Assembly: GCF_009914755.1 (NCBI RefSeq)
Contig: NC_060934.1
Reading direction: 5' to 3' (one strand)
DNA: 64,000 nucleotides
From: the human T2T-CHM13v2.0 reference genome, Homo sapiens
This document shows positions 1 to 64,000 of this stretch, piece by piece. How positions within the stretch are numbered: position 1 is the stretch's first letter; each line of letters opens with the position of its first letter. The notes under the pieces were generated by a model that was not told where the DNA came from, did not search any database, and saw only the letters and a program-made list of their open reading frames with translations. A program made the position numbers and the translations under genes.

Positions 1-24
1 TAGCTGTTATTTTTTTAAATTGGA

Positions 25-235
25 AAATTACAAGTGCTGGTTAGGATGTGGAAAAATTGGAATCCTCGTAAAATGATGGGAATGTAAAATGGCTCAGCTG
101 CTGTGGAAAACAGTTTGGCAATTCTTAGTGGTGATGTTCACGCAACATTTTGGATGTACTTAACTCAACTGAACTGTAAACTTAAAAATGGTTAAAATGG
201 TAATTTTTATTTTATTTGTATTTTACTCACTAAGA
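25..235 (+). mobile_element. Old L1M (L1MB-like) 3' fragment with an internal deletion
   Basis: acaagtgctgg...ggaaaacagtttggca is fused directly to gtggtgatg...aaaatggttaaaatggtaa; compare the more complete copy at 2760-3640. Confidence 0.7.
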
Positions 236-717
236 AACCAACAACAATGAATCAACTAATAAAGCAAATTACAAAGAGATGGACAATTTTTTTAAATCCA
301 CCTTTCCTGAAATAACCTGTGTTAACATTGAGTAGTCATGCTAATACCTTGTTCTGTGCTTTAAACTTTTGTTGTGGATATTTCAGAAATTATCTCTATC
401 AAACAGTATAGATAATAATATATAAGCAACACCCATGAACACTGGATTTGTTGAACATGAGCTATGACCCAAGTGTGGGCAGGGGCTCTGTGTGCCTGCA
501 GCGCTTACCAGCCTTCGTGGGATTCACACCTGCAACGGTGATAGAAGATGATCTAACCTAGCCAACTTAGGCACGAAACTAATGACTAAGTAAAACCAGA
601 AACTAGGAAAATCCATAGGTCACATCATTAAATGTGTCTGTGATAAGCATCACCGCTCTCTGCTTAGGTTATTTGCTAGTACTCTTTTATTTTGGTCTAA
701 TCCTAAGTGTTACTATA

Positions 718-750
718 ATGGCTTCTCGACCTTTGGCTAAGATCAAGTGT
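718..750 (+). pseudogene. 3'-truncated U2 snRNA retropseudogene (5' ~33 nt of U2)
   Basis: atggcttctcgacctttggctaagatcaagtgt versus U2 5' end ATCGCTTCTCGGCCTTTTGGCTAAGATCAAGTGT; degenerate 14-bp direct repeats at 704-717 and 752-765. Confidence 0.88.
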
Positions 751-1174
751 TTAGGTGTTATTGTAAATGTTTTCTTTTTGCTCTATTTCAAATGTTTCTG
801 CATATAATACTATAAAAGAATACTGGTAATATTTGCTTTTGTGTATAACTAGGATATATTTTTAAAGAAAAGATTTAATGATATCTAATTGAGTAGACTG
901 GTGTAAATTAAAGTGTAGAAAGTCAACGGGTACTTTGTTATATTTTGAATTCTGTCATTACATTTCTTGTAATCTTAGACTAAAACAGCATCATTAAAAC
1001 AGAAATAGCAGTCGACTCTTTTGCAGAATTTACAGTAAGGCAAAGTTAATAGAAAGAGCTGGAATATCCAGTAAAATGACCACAATGCAAATACTATTGG
1101 TGTCTCTCTTCCCACCTCCTCAGTTTTCAATATGTATTTTTTAACAATTATCAATGAAAAATGTATAAATTATA

Positions 1175-1370
1175 ACCTTACTTTACCATTCATTAGTTGT
1201 GTGACAATTAACCTTTCTCAGCCTCAATTTTCTCATCTGTAAAATAGACATAATAGTAGGGCCTGCTTCATAGTTTTGTTATAAAAGTTAAATGAGTTTT
1301 TATGGAAAAAAGTCCTTAGAACAGTGCTTGCATATAATAAGTCCTTGATAAATATGAGCTACTTTTACTA
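1175..1370 (+). mobile_element. MIR SINE
   Basis: Core motif cctcaattttctcatctgtaaaatag and 3' cttagaacagtgcttgcatataataagt. Confidence 0.8.
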
Positions 1371-1895
1371 TTGTTGCTGTTGTGGTGATGATGATGATAT
1401 ACCTACTATGCATTCAACCCTTGGATGAATATGATGAGCACTAGTAGTACACTTCCTCATCTCCAAGACATTTATTTGGAGATAATACGCAGGTGAGGCC
1501 TTGAAGCGAGCCTTGAAATATAAGATTTGCAAAGTCTGGGGGGAAGCCCTATCTTTTTTGTGTTAGGCATCATAGCATACTCTACAACCTTTCTCTGCAT
1601 GCCTCATAATTAACCCTATCAGGTAATATAGACAGGACTTGCTGAATCAGGGATTCTTACCTAAATCCAAAGCCTTTCTTATTTCCATGCTCTACTGCAT
1701 GTTTAACAATGATCGCTTGTATTATTCTGTGTCTTGGCCAGTTAGGTACTTCTAAATTTCCATTAGTTTATGGTGAATAGTTTTATTTTTACTGATTTTT
1801 TCCCTTTAATTTTACTGTCTGCATATATACTGAATTGTATTTTTGCTTTTTAATTTAAATTTTCCTGATTTCTGTTCTTTCATAATTTAACTCAG

Positions 1896-53730
<51,835 letters not shown>

Positions 53731-54660
53731 GCAAAGTTATATTGTGATACTCAAATTCACAGCAGAGTAGTTTTGAGTAACAGTAATTAAATCCTTCTAA
53801 ATATTTGAACTAAGTATATTCTAGATTTATTTAATGGGAAATACCTTTAGATAATATTTTCTAAATTTATGTAATACTTTAAACATTCGTAGCTTGAATA
53901 TGTGAGGAACTATTCATGGTCATTCGCATGCATAGGATTTGTTCTACAGGTAGATTTTAAAAACACGTTAAAGGGCCTTAAGGCATTTTGTTATTCTGTT
54001 AAAAACCACACACACTCGTACATGCAGACACCTCCAATGAGATATAGTTAAGAGATGGCATTCAAAAACCCTAAATTATTCTAGCCAATTTGTCATAGGC
54101 ATAGGCAAGGAAAGCTGGCCTTGCTAACTATATAGTAGTATACACAAGAGAAATCTTTGAAGGAGGAAACTGATGACAGATATACAGGGCACTTGAAGGA
54201 GACTCTGATGCTAGTTATATAAGTGCATTAACTTAAGACACGGACTCTGTGGGTAACCTGTTAGGTTTTACTAAGAATTTAGGAAAAATTTACTCCTCTT
54301 TATCACAAGTTTTCCAAACCTCCTTCCCCACCCTATCTAAAGTGTTCCTTACCTTTCATGGGCCCAGCGAGGGTAGAATTCAGAATAGAGAGTTATACTC
54401 CTGCATACATGCTCTCCCTCTCATTGAAAGGTTTCTTAGTCTAGCTCTGCTCATGAATGAACAAAGAAGCAGGCATGTAAAATGGATCCTTGTCCTAACG
54501 TCACTTTCCCAAGTTTCAAAAGTCACATTTTCAGGTATTTAAGGAATAGTTTGAAGCTAATACCATCAGGCTCAGAGTTTACATGCATTTTTACTTAGGA
54601 AGTGGTAAACGGGTGAAAGAGGGTTTCAATAAAATTTTAAATAAAAACAGCATTAGAATT
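53731..54660 (+). other. SPAG6: SPAG6 3' UTR (approximate end)
   Basis: AT-rich sequence with no repeat I recognise, between the stop codon and tandem AATAAA signals. Confidence 0.75.
54628..54645 (+). terminator. Tandem polyadenylation signals AATAAA (54628-54633, 54640-54645)
   Basis: Two canonical hexamers followed by a U/GU-rich downstream element (ttgtccttttcatttttcc...gtgtgttg). Confidence 0.8.
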
Positions 54661-57374
54661 GTCCTTTTCATTTTTCCTATCCAGTGTGTTGCTGACCTTG
54701 GGGAATATGTGATTGGATTTATGGGTCTTGGTTAGTTGCTGTGTATGTGTCTTTTGCTTTAAAGGGATGTTACTTCTGCTGCTCTCTCCTGGAGGAGGTG
54801 AATGATAACCCACACAGCCCCTAGGCCACAGTGTTTCCAGTCTGACTCTGTTTTCAGGTTTCCTTCTTTGACTCTCTCTCTCTTTTTTTATTTTTTTCAT
54901 GCAAAAGGAGCTACCCGTTTGTTTTTTGTATTTTCTGGATTCATCTCTGTCATCATTATTTCCTAACAGTGCATAACTTTGTTGTGTCTTTTAAAACTTC
55001 ATAATACCCGAGATTACCTCATTTTGTTTTGCCTTATATCCGGCTAAGATTGTTGGTTATTTCATTTTTTTTTAATACTTCCTTGGGCCTGTTTTGTTTC
55101 CTTGCAGCAATTTCTTTGACCTGTTGAATAGGAAAATGTAATTTGTATTCCCAGTTTTGTAGCTTTCCTTTCTTTCTTTCATGCCTACACAGCTTGTCTT
55201 ATGAATCTTTTAATTGGAGAAAATAAAAGTAGTTTTTATCTTTCTTCATTAGGGCTGTTTTTCTTAGATGTGTTGGTAATGACAGAAATTAGTTTATCTG
55301 GGTTAAAACCACCTCAGATATTGTTGGAATGTCAAATTTCCTAGTTGAAAATTTTCACTTCATAGATAATTTCATACTTATCAAACAGCACTAAACAAAG
55401 TAATAAAATACTTAATAGTGTTCAGATGGGTGTTATAATTTGATCATATGCATTGTGGAAAATTTATGCTATGAAATGTTTCTTGACATAAAACTCTTTA
55501 AACAAAATGAAGCTTTACTTTTTGAAAAGTATGTTGTGAGATTTAAAAAATATATATAAAAACAAAATCTTTTTCATTTGTCATAGGGCAAAAATAATGT
55601 CTGTTATTAATGATAATTCACTGATATTTTTCACCCCTCATTTGAATTTTGTCAATTCTAATTCCCTGTGCAAACCCCTGTCCCACTGCTCCCTACCCAC
55701 CCCCAGCCCCAGGAGTTTATTTAAAATTCCCCTGTTCTTAGGAATTCTCAACTTACATGAACAACTATTTTTAGGACTTCAGTTCAGGAATAGAATTACT
55801 TGGACCTTATTATTATAGATTCAGTCCTTTCACCTGTTGTGGAAATAGGTGAAATCAGTGGTACCTGAAAAGAGATGTTGGAAACATAGGTTCTAGTCTC
55901 TCTCTGTTAAGTATTATAGTAAGGGTGATAATAGTTGCTCAGCTTACTCATAAGAAGCTTATGAAAATAACCTGCAATGGTGAAAATAACAATGTTATAA
56001 ACAAATCCATTTTATACAAACTCGACATGTGATTAATGGAAAACCTAATAGTCAATGACAGATTACATATTTTAGCCAGCAATTGTGCAATATTCCCCAG
56101 GCCCCACACTCTTAGATAAGTGTAGTTCAAACCAGATGATTTATGATTAAAAAAACCCCTACATTTCCTGCCCTCATGGAGTTTTCTAATATAAACACAT
56201 TTGCCGAGACAGAGGCAGTGGAATACGCACAAGACACTAAACACAAAGCAGGCATATTTAATGTAGTATGGAAAAACAAATGACAACCCCATATTTACAG
56301 GATATTGACCTGTTTTTCTAACCCCTTCCTCTCAAAGAAAACCCTTTTCCTTAAAGAAAGGATGAAAGGTTTGCTTGTTTCTAAACTTGATTTGAGGTCC
56401 TGCTTAACATAAACCCTGACCTTAAATTCCTGGGTGAGGCCCATCTCCCATCCCAGATGTCAAGTTTAGAAACCAACCTTGAAAGAATGAAGAATTTTTC
56501 TGTTGTGTTTTCAAATAGCCAATTCTTTGATTAAGATAGGTGCTACCAAATGTTGAGGTTTATGTACACTGTGGCTTATTCTGCCACAGAATTCACTGTT
56601 TAGAAAATGTTGATTTGTAGCTCTTCTGCTTCTTTCAGGTGATTAAAAGGATCAAGTGGCTGTCCTATAATTATTACATTTACCAGTTGTTTAAGAGACT
56701 TTTGACTTTTAAAATTAAATTTGTTCATGCACTTATTTTTCTAGTAACATAAATACTTACATTGTTTTGTTTTTACAAGGCCTTGGTAGGCCATAAAATT
56801 AGATGCATATTCAGTGATATTACTTTAGAGAATGGTGGGTTTTATTGTTTTTTAGGTATCAATAAGTTAATTTTTAAAAAAAAATTAGGCAGTATATGAA
56901 TGGATAAAGAAAGAAGCAAAAATATGACTCCAGATCTCACAACCCAAAACAGAATTGTCATTAACAAGCTGAGATAGTTCCAAATAGCTCTCCAAACCTT
57001 TGTACGGCTAGAAAAATTCCGGAAAAATGTATTCATGCTACACATGTTATTTTAAAATTAAAAACAAAAGTTACTGCAGTTTGCTTGTTTCGTGGAAGAT
57101 AGAGTTTTCACTTTGTTTTTAATTTTAGTGGGTTTAGGGAAAAATATTTCCTTGGGGATTAAGTTAGAGGTCAATACAAAATATTTATAAATGGGCTTCT
57201 GTTATTCATGATTGATACATTTTCTGAAGTAGATTTAAACTGAATGCTGGATAAAGAATATTATATCAATATATATCATTATTGCAAAGTGATTTGGTAT
57301 GGATATTTATACATTAAATAAAGCCTCTAAATTTCCTCACGTATATAGAATTTGTGGTAATACACTCTCGCTAA

Positions 57375-57673
<299 letters not shown>

Positions 57674-58334
57674 CACTCTTGCTAAAATTTATGCATTACT
57701 GATAGTAAATGATTTACTCAAAGTATTTTTGGATATAAAGAAGTCCAACTCTATGAAAACTATTGTAACCTATATTGAGTGTTCTGTTTTTTTATTTCTG
57801 TCTGCATGTATAGTTTAAGTCATACAAACAATACAAGCGAGTAAAGTGCCAAAGGGAATGTCAACATTTTCCCATATTTTTCTTCACTAACTGAAGATGA
57901 CCTTTTACTTAGATGAGTGAAATGTGTCCTGTTCTCAGTCCCCAGTGTCACCCAGCACTGTGATGAGCACACAGGAGAACCAGCAGCAGGTTGGACTGAG
58001 AGTAAGAGCCTCTAGGCTTCTGGTTGACCTTAGGTCACGCTAGCTCTGACCACAGCAAGTCTCCTCAAGTCTCTAGGCCTTAGTAGACCCGTATAAGAAT
58101 GTCAAAACTACCACCCCAGTCAGTGGCCTTGGCAAGTTGCTAATAGCACCCACTACATCAGATTCTGAGGATTAAATGAGGATGAGCCAGCAGAAGGTGT
58201 GGCATGTAGTAAATGGTGCCACCGTTACTCTATATATCTTTGTATAATATAAAAGGTGCCCAGTCCTCAAGATAGTTTATTTCCATCTGGCAGAAATTAT
58301 TGTAATAGTCTTATTTTGTTAGAGCAACACACTT

Positions 58335-58352
58335 TACTGCCATCTGCTGGAA
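58335..58352 (-). promoter_or_regulatory. Candidate CTCF motif
   Basis: Reverse complement reads TTCCAGCAGATGGCAGTA, matching core CCASYAGRKGGCRS. Motif match only. Confidence 0.45.
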
Positions 58353-59354
58353 AATTATCTTTATAAATATGGAAATCTGTGATGTCTAATATGTGAACTG
58401 TGCCCCCTGAGAAGTGCTGGTGCCCTTGTGAAGTACACAACCTGTGTGACCATGCACATAAGTGCTTGATAAATCATATTTGCTACTCTTCTTTTCACTT
58501 TTGTAATGGATTTCCAAAAGAGTTTCAGATAAACAATGATACTGGATGAAGAAATTTATTTTAAAAAATCAGAGTCAAAGTTAATATCAATAAAAAGAAT
58601 CAGCATTTTGTTGCAACACCTGGAAACATTTTTGCCCACTACTTCCCTCACTTCCCCCTTCCCCCACAGAAAAGTGTGCTCTGCAATAAAACCTGCAATC
58701 TAAGTTAGCAGAGATGCTAATTAAGCCATTATTCTTGCATTTATAAACACTGTATGTGAGACCAAATTTGGGGCCACATTGTATGTATGCAAAACCAAAG
58801 CACATTTTGGAATAACCCATATGGCCTTTTCATCTTGACTTTAAAAATTGAATAAAAAATATTATATTAATAATGTATCATCACTGCAAGATGGCAGATC
58901 TCCGGAAAGCGACACTTCTGGGCTTCATTTTCTTCATCTCAGAACCTGGGTTGGGACATAACAGGTGTCCCTCTCTTCTAGCCAGACAGTCCTTAATGAA
59001 GGGATATCATAGTACCATTTTGAACACAAAAGGAAATATTTGGCTCATTTTCATAGCTAGCTGTACAGTCATGGAGAAGACTGACCAAAGTTGGATAAAG
59101 GAGAGTTTATTGATAACGGGAGCACTCTCCCAGGACACAGGATTTATCACTCTGGCAAGGGTGATAAGATGACTCTTGGAAGCTTGGAGAAAGCAGCAAC
59201 AGCCCATGGCAAGTGAAGTGGAAATGCCATAATTGCCAGGGCCAACTGGAAGAGGTGTCAAGTGACTCAGAGAGGTGGGCATGCTGGAGTACATAGCCTA
59301 TGTGGGGATGGAAAACCCACCAGCTGATGGTATGTCCCGGAGGACATACCATTT

Positions 59355-59558
59355 ACCAAATTTGGGGCCACATTGTATGTATGCAAAACCAAAGCACATT
59401 TTGGATATAAAGAAGTCCAACTCTATGAAAACTATTGTAACCTATATTGAGTGTTCTGTTTTTTTATTTCTGTTTGCGTGTATAGTTTAAGTCATACAAA
59501 CAATACAAGCGAGTAAAGTGCCAAAGGGAATGTCAACGTTTTCCCATATTTTTCTTCA
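59355..59558 (+). repeat. Composite duplication: copy of 58761-58811 joined to copy of 57727-57886
   Basis: 51/51 and 157/160 identity by hand alignment; the pieces overlap in TTTTGGA. Confidence 0.95.
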
Positions 59559-60272
59559 GTAAGATGATAAGAAATGCATTGTTAAGAGGGTTATAGTCAC
59601 TGAGAATCTTAGTGGAGGCACTCTTGTCTATGCCAGGGTTGACTGGAGGAGACACTACTACAGAACTGGGCTCCTTAACAGAAATAAGGCTGATAGGATC
59701 CTGAAATAACAGAGGCCAAGTAGTAAGACTTAACTGTCAGAAGCAAGGTGTGCACAGTTTTTGCAATGAGTGGCAAGATTGATGTGGCATCCAGGGGCCC
59801 ATTCTACAGAGAGCTATGAAAATGCTTAATAGAATTTCCTAGAGGCAAGATAAATGAGCAGTCGACAAGTATCAATTTCTAAAATAAAAATATGAGGCTG
59901 AGGGCAGCTGTCATGGTAAAAAGTCAGTCACTAGCTCAGTTCCCAAACCTGAGTCAGATCTCAGATCTGGGACCCACTGGGTGAAGGAGAGGATGATCTT
60001 TATGACAACAGAACCTAAAGCACCTGAGCAAGTATATTTAGTAATTATTTCTCCAGCACTTCAGAATATTGTTCCAACCCTTTTACCAGATGATGGAGCT
60101 CTGTAGTAGGTCTCGACAGCAGTACAAGAAGCCCTGCTATATCCTTCAACAGACCCTATGGTATTACAGGAATCTGTGGTGGGAAAGAATGCTGGGGATA
60201 GTTGCTGGTGATCAATCTCAATAAGAGAATCACAGCATAGACCCCCTAGGATTCTGGAGAAGGGCCATATTA

Positions 60273-60608
<336 letters not shown>

Positions 60609-63370
60609 GGAAATTCTTGCAGACCCCTGGGCCCTGATTGAAATGAAGCACCTGACCCTGAGACATCAAGTAACTATGGAACCTGAGATATTCATCATCA
60701 GCTGGCTCTGTCAGACCCACCAAGTTATAAAGTTGGATGGGCCTGGTGGCAATTTATCACAAAATGGAAGTGGCAGATACAGGATTGGGCATGAGCTGGG
60801 CCAGAGGACACAAGTAAGTTGTACCAGTTGGTGGCCCAGACCTGCATGTCATCCACTCCTGTTGCACTGGTGTTTATAACTATGGTGTTCACAACTATCT
60901 CAGCTCATAACCACGGCTGCAAGGAGGTGTCCCTTGTGACCAGCTGATGGAGGAAGAAAAGTGCTGACCTTCATTCATAGCTGGCTGGCTCAGCATAAGA
61001 GTGCAAGCCAAAAATGGATGCTGCTGCACTACAGCCCTACTTAGGGTGATCTTAAAAGAGGGTGGTGAGGGAGAAATCCTTCCAATAGGCAAAGTTCCAC
61101 AGGATGCACTTGGTCATCCACTTTGTGTGAAAAGAAGAGTGGTTCAAGGTAAAGAACATATGCAGGCTCATGGACAGTGGTGAATGGGGTGGTAGTTTGG
61201 TCAGGGGCTTAGAAGCAGAAGGATTGGTATGGATATAAGGTGTGAAGAACTTTGTGTCATATATTAATGCACATCAAAGCAGCCACTACCAAAAGGCACC
61301 AAACAACATTCATGACTCAGCCATGCATGAAGCAGCCTCTCTCGTTGGCTACTGTAGTGCTGGCATAATGGGCACATGAATGGAGTGAGTAGCCACGGTA
61401 GCAGGGATGGTGGCTATGAATAGATCCAACAGCATGGACTTCCATTCACCAAATCTGATCCAGCTACTGCCACTGATGCTGCCAAATGTCTAACCTGTCA
61501 ATAACAGAAACCCCAATGTAGTATCCCTCAAAGAGACCAACCAACCATTTGGAGGTAAGTTGACTTCAACTTCTTCCACCCTGGAAAGGGCAAGAATTCA
61601 TCTTGATTGGGATTGTTGTATATTCTGGCATGAATTTGCCTTTCCTATCCATAGGACCTCAGCCAGTACCACTACCCAAGGACTTAAGAATGCTTGATCC
61701 ACTGGTATTAGATTCCATATGATACTGCCTTGGGTCAGAGTCCACTGGTCCTATCACACATATTGCACCATTCCTGAGCTACTGGTATGATAGAATGGTG
61801 GACTGTCCTCTTAAAGATGCAACTGAGGCTCCAGCTTGGAGAACATACCCCCACAAGGTTGAGATACCACCCTAAATCAATGCCATTATATGGTGCTATG
61901 TCCCCAGTAGGTAGAATACATAGGTCCAGAAACTATAGGGAGAAGGGGGAAGTAGGCATGGCTCTGCTTACTGTCATTTCCTGTGGTACATTTGGGGAAT
62001 TTGTGCTTCCTGTCCCCAAAACTTTAGATTCTGTGGGTCAAGTGTTCTTGGCTTTCACTGGGGTAATACTTCATCAGTGGACACAAAGTCCCATTGTACT
62101 TCACACTACAGCTGCCACTCAGTCACTTCAGTCTCCTTATGCCAAGAGACCAGTGGAAAAAGAGTCACTAAACTAGCAAGACCATTGACCCTGATCATCA
62201 GGAGGAGGTAGAACTTTGTCACAGAACACAGGGAAGAATGTTTGGCACACAGGTGATCTGATGGGATGTTTCCTGATGCTCTCATATCTAGTTTTAACAG
62301 TAAGCAGACAAGAACAGAAGCTAGGGCTGGGATAGACATGGGGACCAGGGACTCAGAATCTTGGAGTCAAGGGTCTGGGTCACCCCATCAGACAGTCTGC
62401 CTAGACCACATGGCTGCTGGCAGTGGCTGAGGCAATTCTAGAATGAGGACAGGGTAGAGAAAAGGGTGAAATGTCAGTTACCTCAGGCTTGAGATCTATT
62501 GCAGCTGCACTGACTATAGTTTGCTGATTAACCTTATAAGTTTCCCCAGTAATAAAGGCCAATGAGAATCCTGGAATTGTCGAGTACTGGGTGGATGAAC
62601 TTACCCCAAGCGGCAAGTGGATCTGAGTAGCACAAAGGGTGGCCCATAATACTCTAGTGCTCCACCCATATCTCCTCTTTAGGACCAAGGGCCAACAAAC
62701 CCATCCTCCAACTGCTGTGATTTTTGGTCACACGTTTTATATCCTTAACCACAAATATGAGCTGAATTAAATCCTCAACCCACAACCAGAATGAGTCTTA
62801 ATAATTTGCTAAATCTTAAAATTGACACCATAATTTGAGCACCCCCACCCCAAATTTGAGAACACATAGGCAACTGGTTCAAACTGGAATCCAACCAAAC
62901 CAGAACATCAAATTTTCTCAGATGTGAATCCAAACCAGAAGTTCAGACACTTCGCATATATAGCCCGGGTAGACTCTCTGTGGCCTTAGCAGTCCTTGCT
63001 AATTAGAAGCTCCTGTATTGCCTCTGGGAGCTTAGCTGCCAAGCATCTTCCCAATTGTGCTCCCAAATGAAGGTAAGGTAAATGGCTAGAATTTTTAAAA
63101 ATTAACTTATGCTCAGTTATCTATTTGGTTCAGAGGTGAAAGAAAACATTAGTGGTTTTTCAAAAGGTAGTTCCACACCCAGCACCATCATACCCTCCAA
63201 GTTACATGGTAAAAATAAATGATGCCTGTCTGTGGTTAATTGTGAAGCCATCTCAGTTCTCATCTGATGTAGCCTAATGAAGGCTCTGAATACCAAGAGT
63301 GAAATCTTAACCTTAACAAATGACCTTGCCTCACAGTTCAGGCACAATTTTTAGGTTTCTCATCCAAGGC

Positions 63371-63386
63371 GGGGGGGGGGGGGGGG
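63371..63386 (+). repeat. Poly-G run (G16)
   Basis: Sixteen consecutive G. Confidence 0.95.
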
Positions 63387-63459
63387 ATTTAAAAATCAGT
63401 ATTCATATGAAAAATTATTCTTAGAAGGCCTTAAGATTGTTGCTCACACAAGAGATGCA

Positions 63460-63585
63460 GGTCTATGTTTATGCACCATGAGAACGGGAACCATGCTTGA
63501 TTCATCTTTGTGTCCAGCACAACACTTAGCATAGTTGCCTAGTGCGCAGCAGGAGATCAAGAAATAATTATTGAATAAATGAATG
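63460..63585 (+). mobile_element. L2 3' terminal fragment
   Basis: ccatgagaacgggaaccatg...ttcatctttgtgtccagca...ttattgaataaatgaatga. Confidence 0.75.
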
Positions 63586-63909
63586 AGGCTGCAAAGTTCC
63601 ACGAGCCATCCTGGTTGCTGGCAACCCTTGAGGGGAATTTGGGCAAGACACTTTAAAAGTGTAGCTTGCCCAAGTAAGAAAAAGCTCTTTTCAAGATCTA
63701 CTCTGTCAGGACCGCTGCCACTTTGTTTTCATTGGGCATGGGAATCTGGCTCTACCATCCTCCACACCTGCTCAACTCAGGTTAACGGTATCTGAGGTAG
63801 TTCTTCTTAGAACTTTAAAATGGTAGCAAAAAGACCAGTTTAGAAGGAATGAGCCACATTGTAGGATGATTTTCTGAGTTTATTTAACAGCTTGAGCTTG
63901 AATACATAC

Positions 63910-63948
<39 letters not shown>
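63910..63948. repeat. (TG)n microsatellite
   Basis: About 18 TG units with one interruption. Confidence 0.92.
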
Positions 63949-63949
<1 letters not shown>

Positions 63950-64000
63950 TGCATGTGTATATGTGCCAATCAGATTCTCCCAGGAATTTTAGATTTGCGC

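Noticed and set aside
57727-59558. Repeat-spacer-like or back-spliced circRNA retrocopy explanation for the duplicated blocks
   Set aside because: Only two copies with no regular spacing, and no GT/AG signals on either strand at the junction.

Overview
Human (primate) genomic DNA, AT-rich. It holds nine + strand coding exons (exons 3-11 by recalled gene structure) and the 3' UTR of SPAG6, the armadillo-repeat central-pair axonemal protein orthologous to Chlamydomonas PF16. About 9 kb of 3' flank follows. All nine exons have GT-AG boundaries with matching phases and join into 1409 nt of CDS ending ...QPLNN-TGA at 53730. The 5' exons lie upstream of the window. Introns are full of interspersed repeats: about 18 Alus, old L1M fragments, MIR/L2, MaLR LTRs and DNA-transposon fossils. 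There is also a full-length but coding-dead L1PA2/3-type element antisense in intron 9 and a decayed ERVL-class internal region downstream. I found no convincing new gene or biological system. The best leads are: (1) the antisense L1, with a gene-breaking layout and an extended ORF0 that could splice in frame to SPAG6 exon 10; (2) a 204-bp composite insertion whose junction joins the end of a nearby 1.08-kb segment back to its start through a 7-bp microhomology (circle-reintegration or template-switch signature); (3) a cluster of fold-back palindromes near 51.5-52.2 kb; (4) a 3'-truncated U2 snRNA retrocopy; (5) two old local duplications; (6) an unexplained GC-rich block between 10-bp direct repeats. 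Repeat names and boundaries are by eye and approximate.
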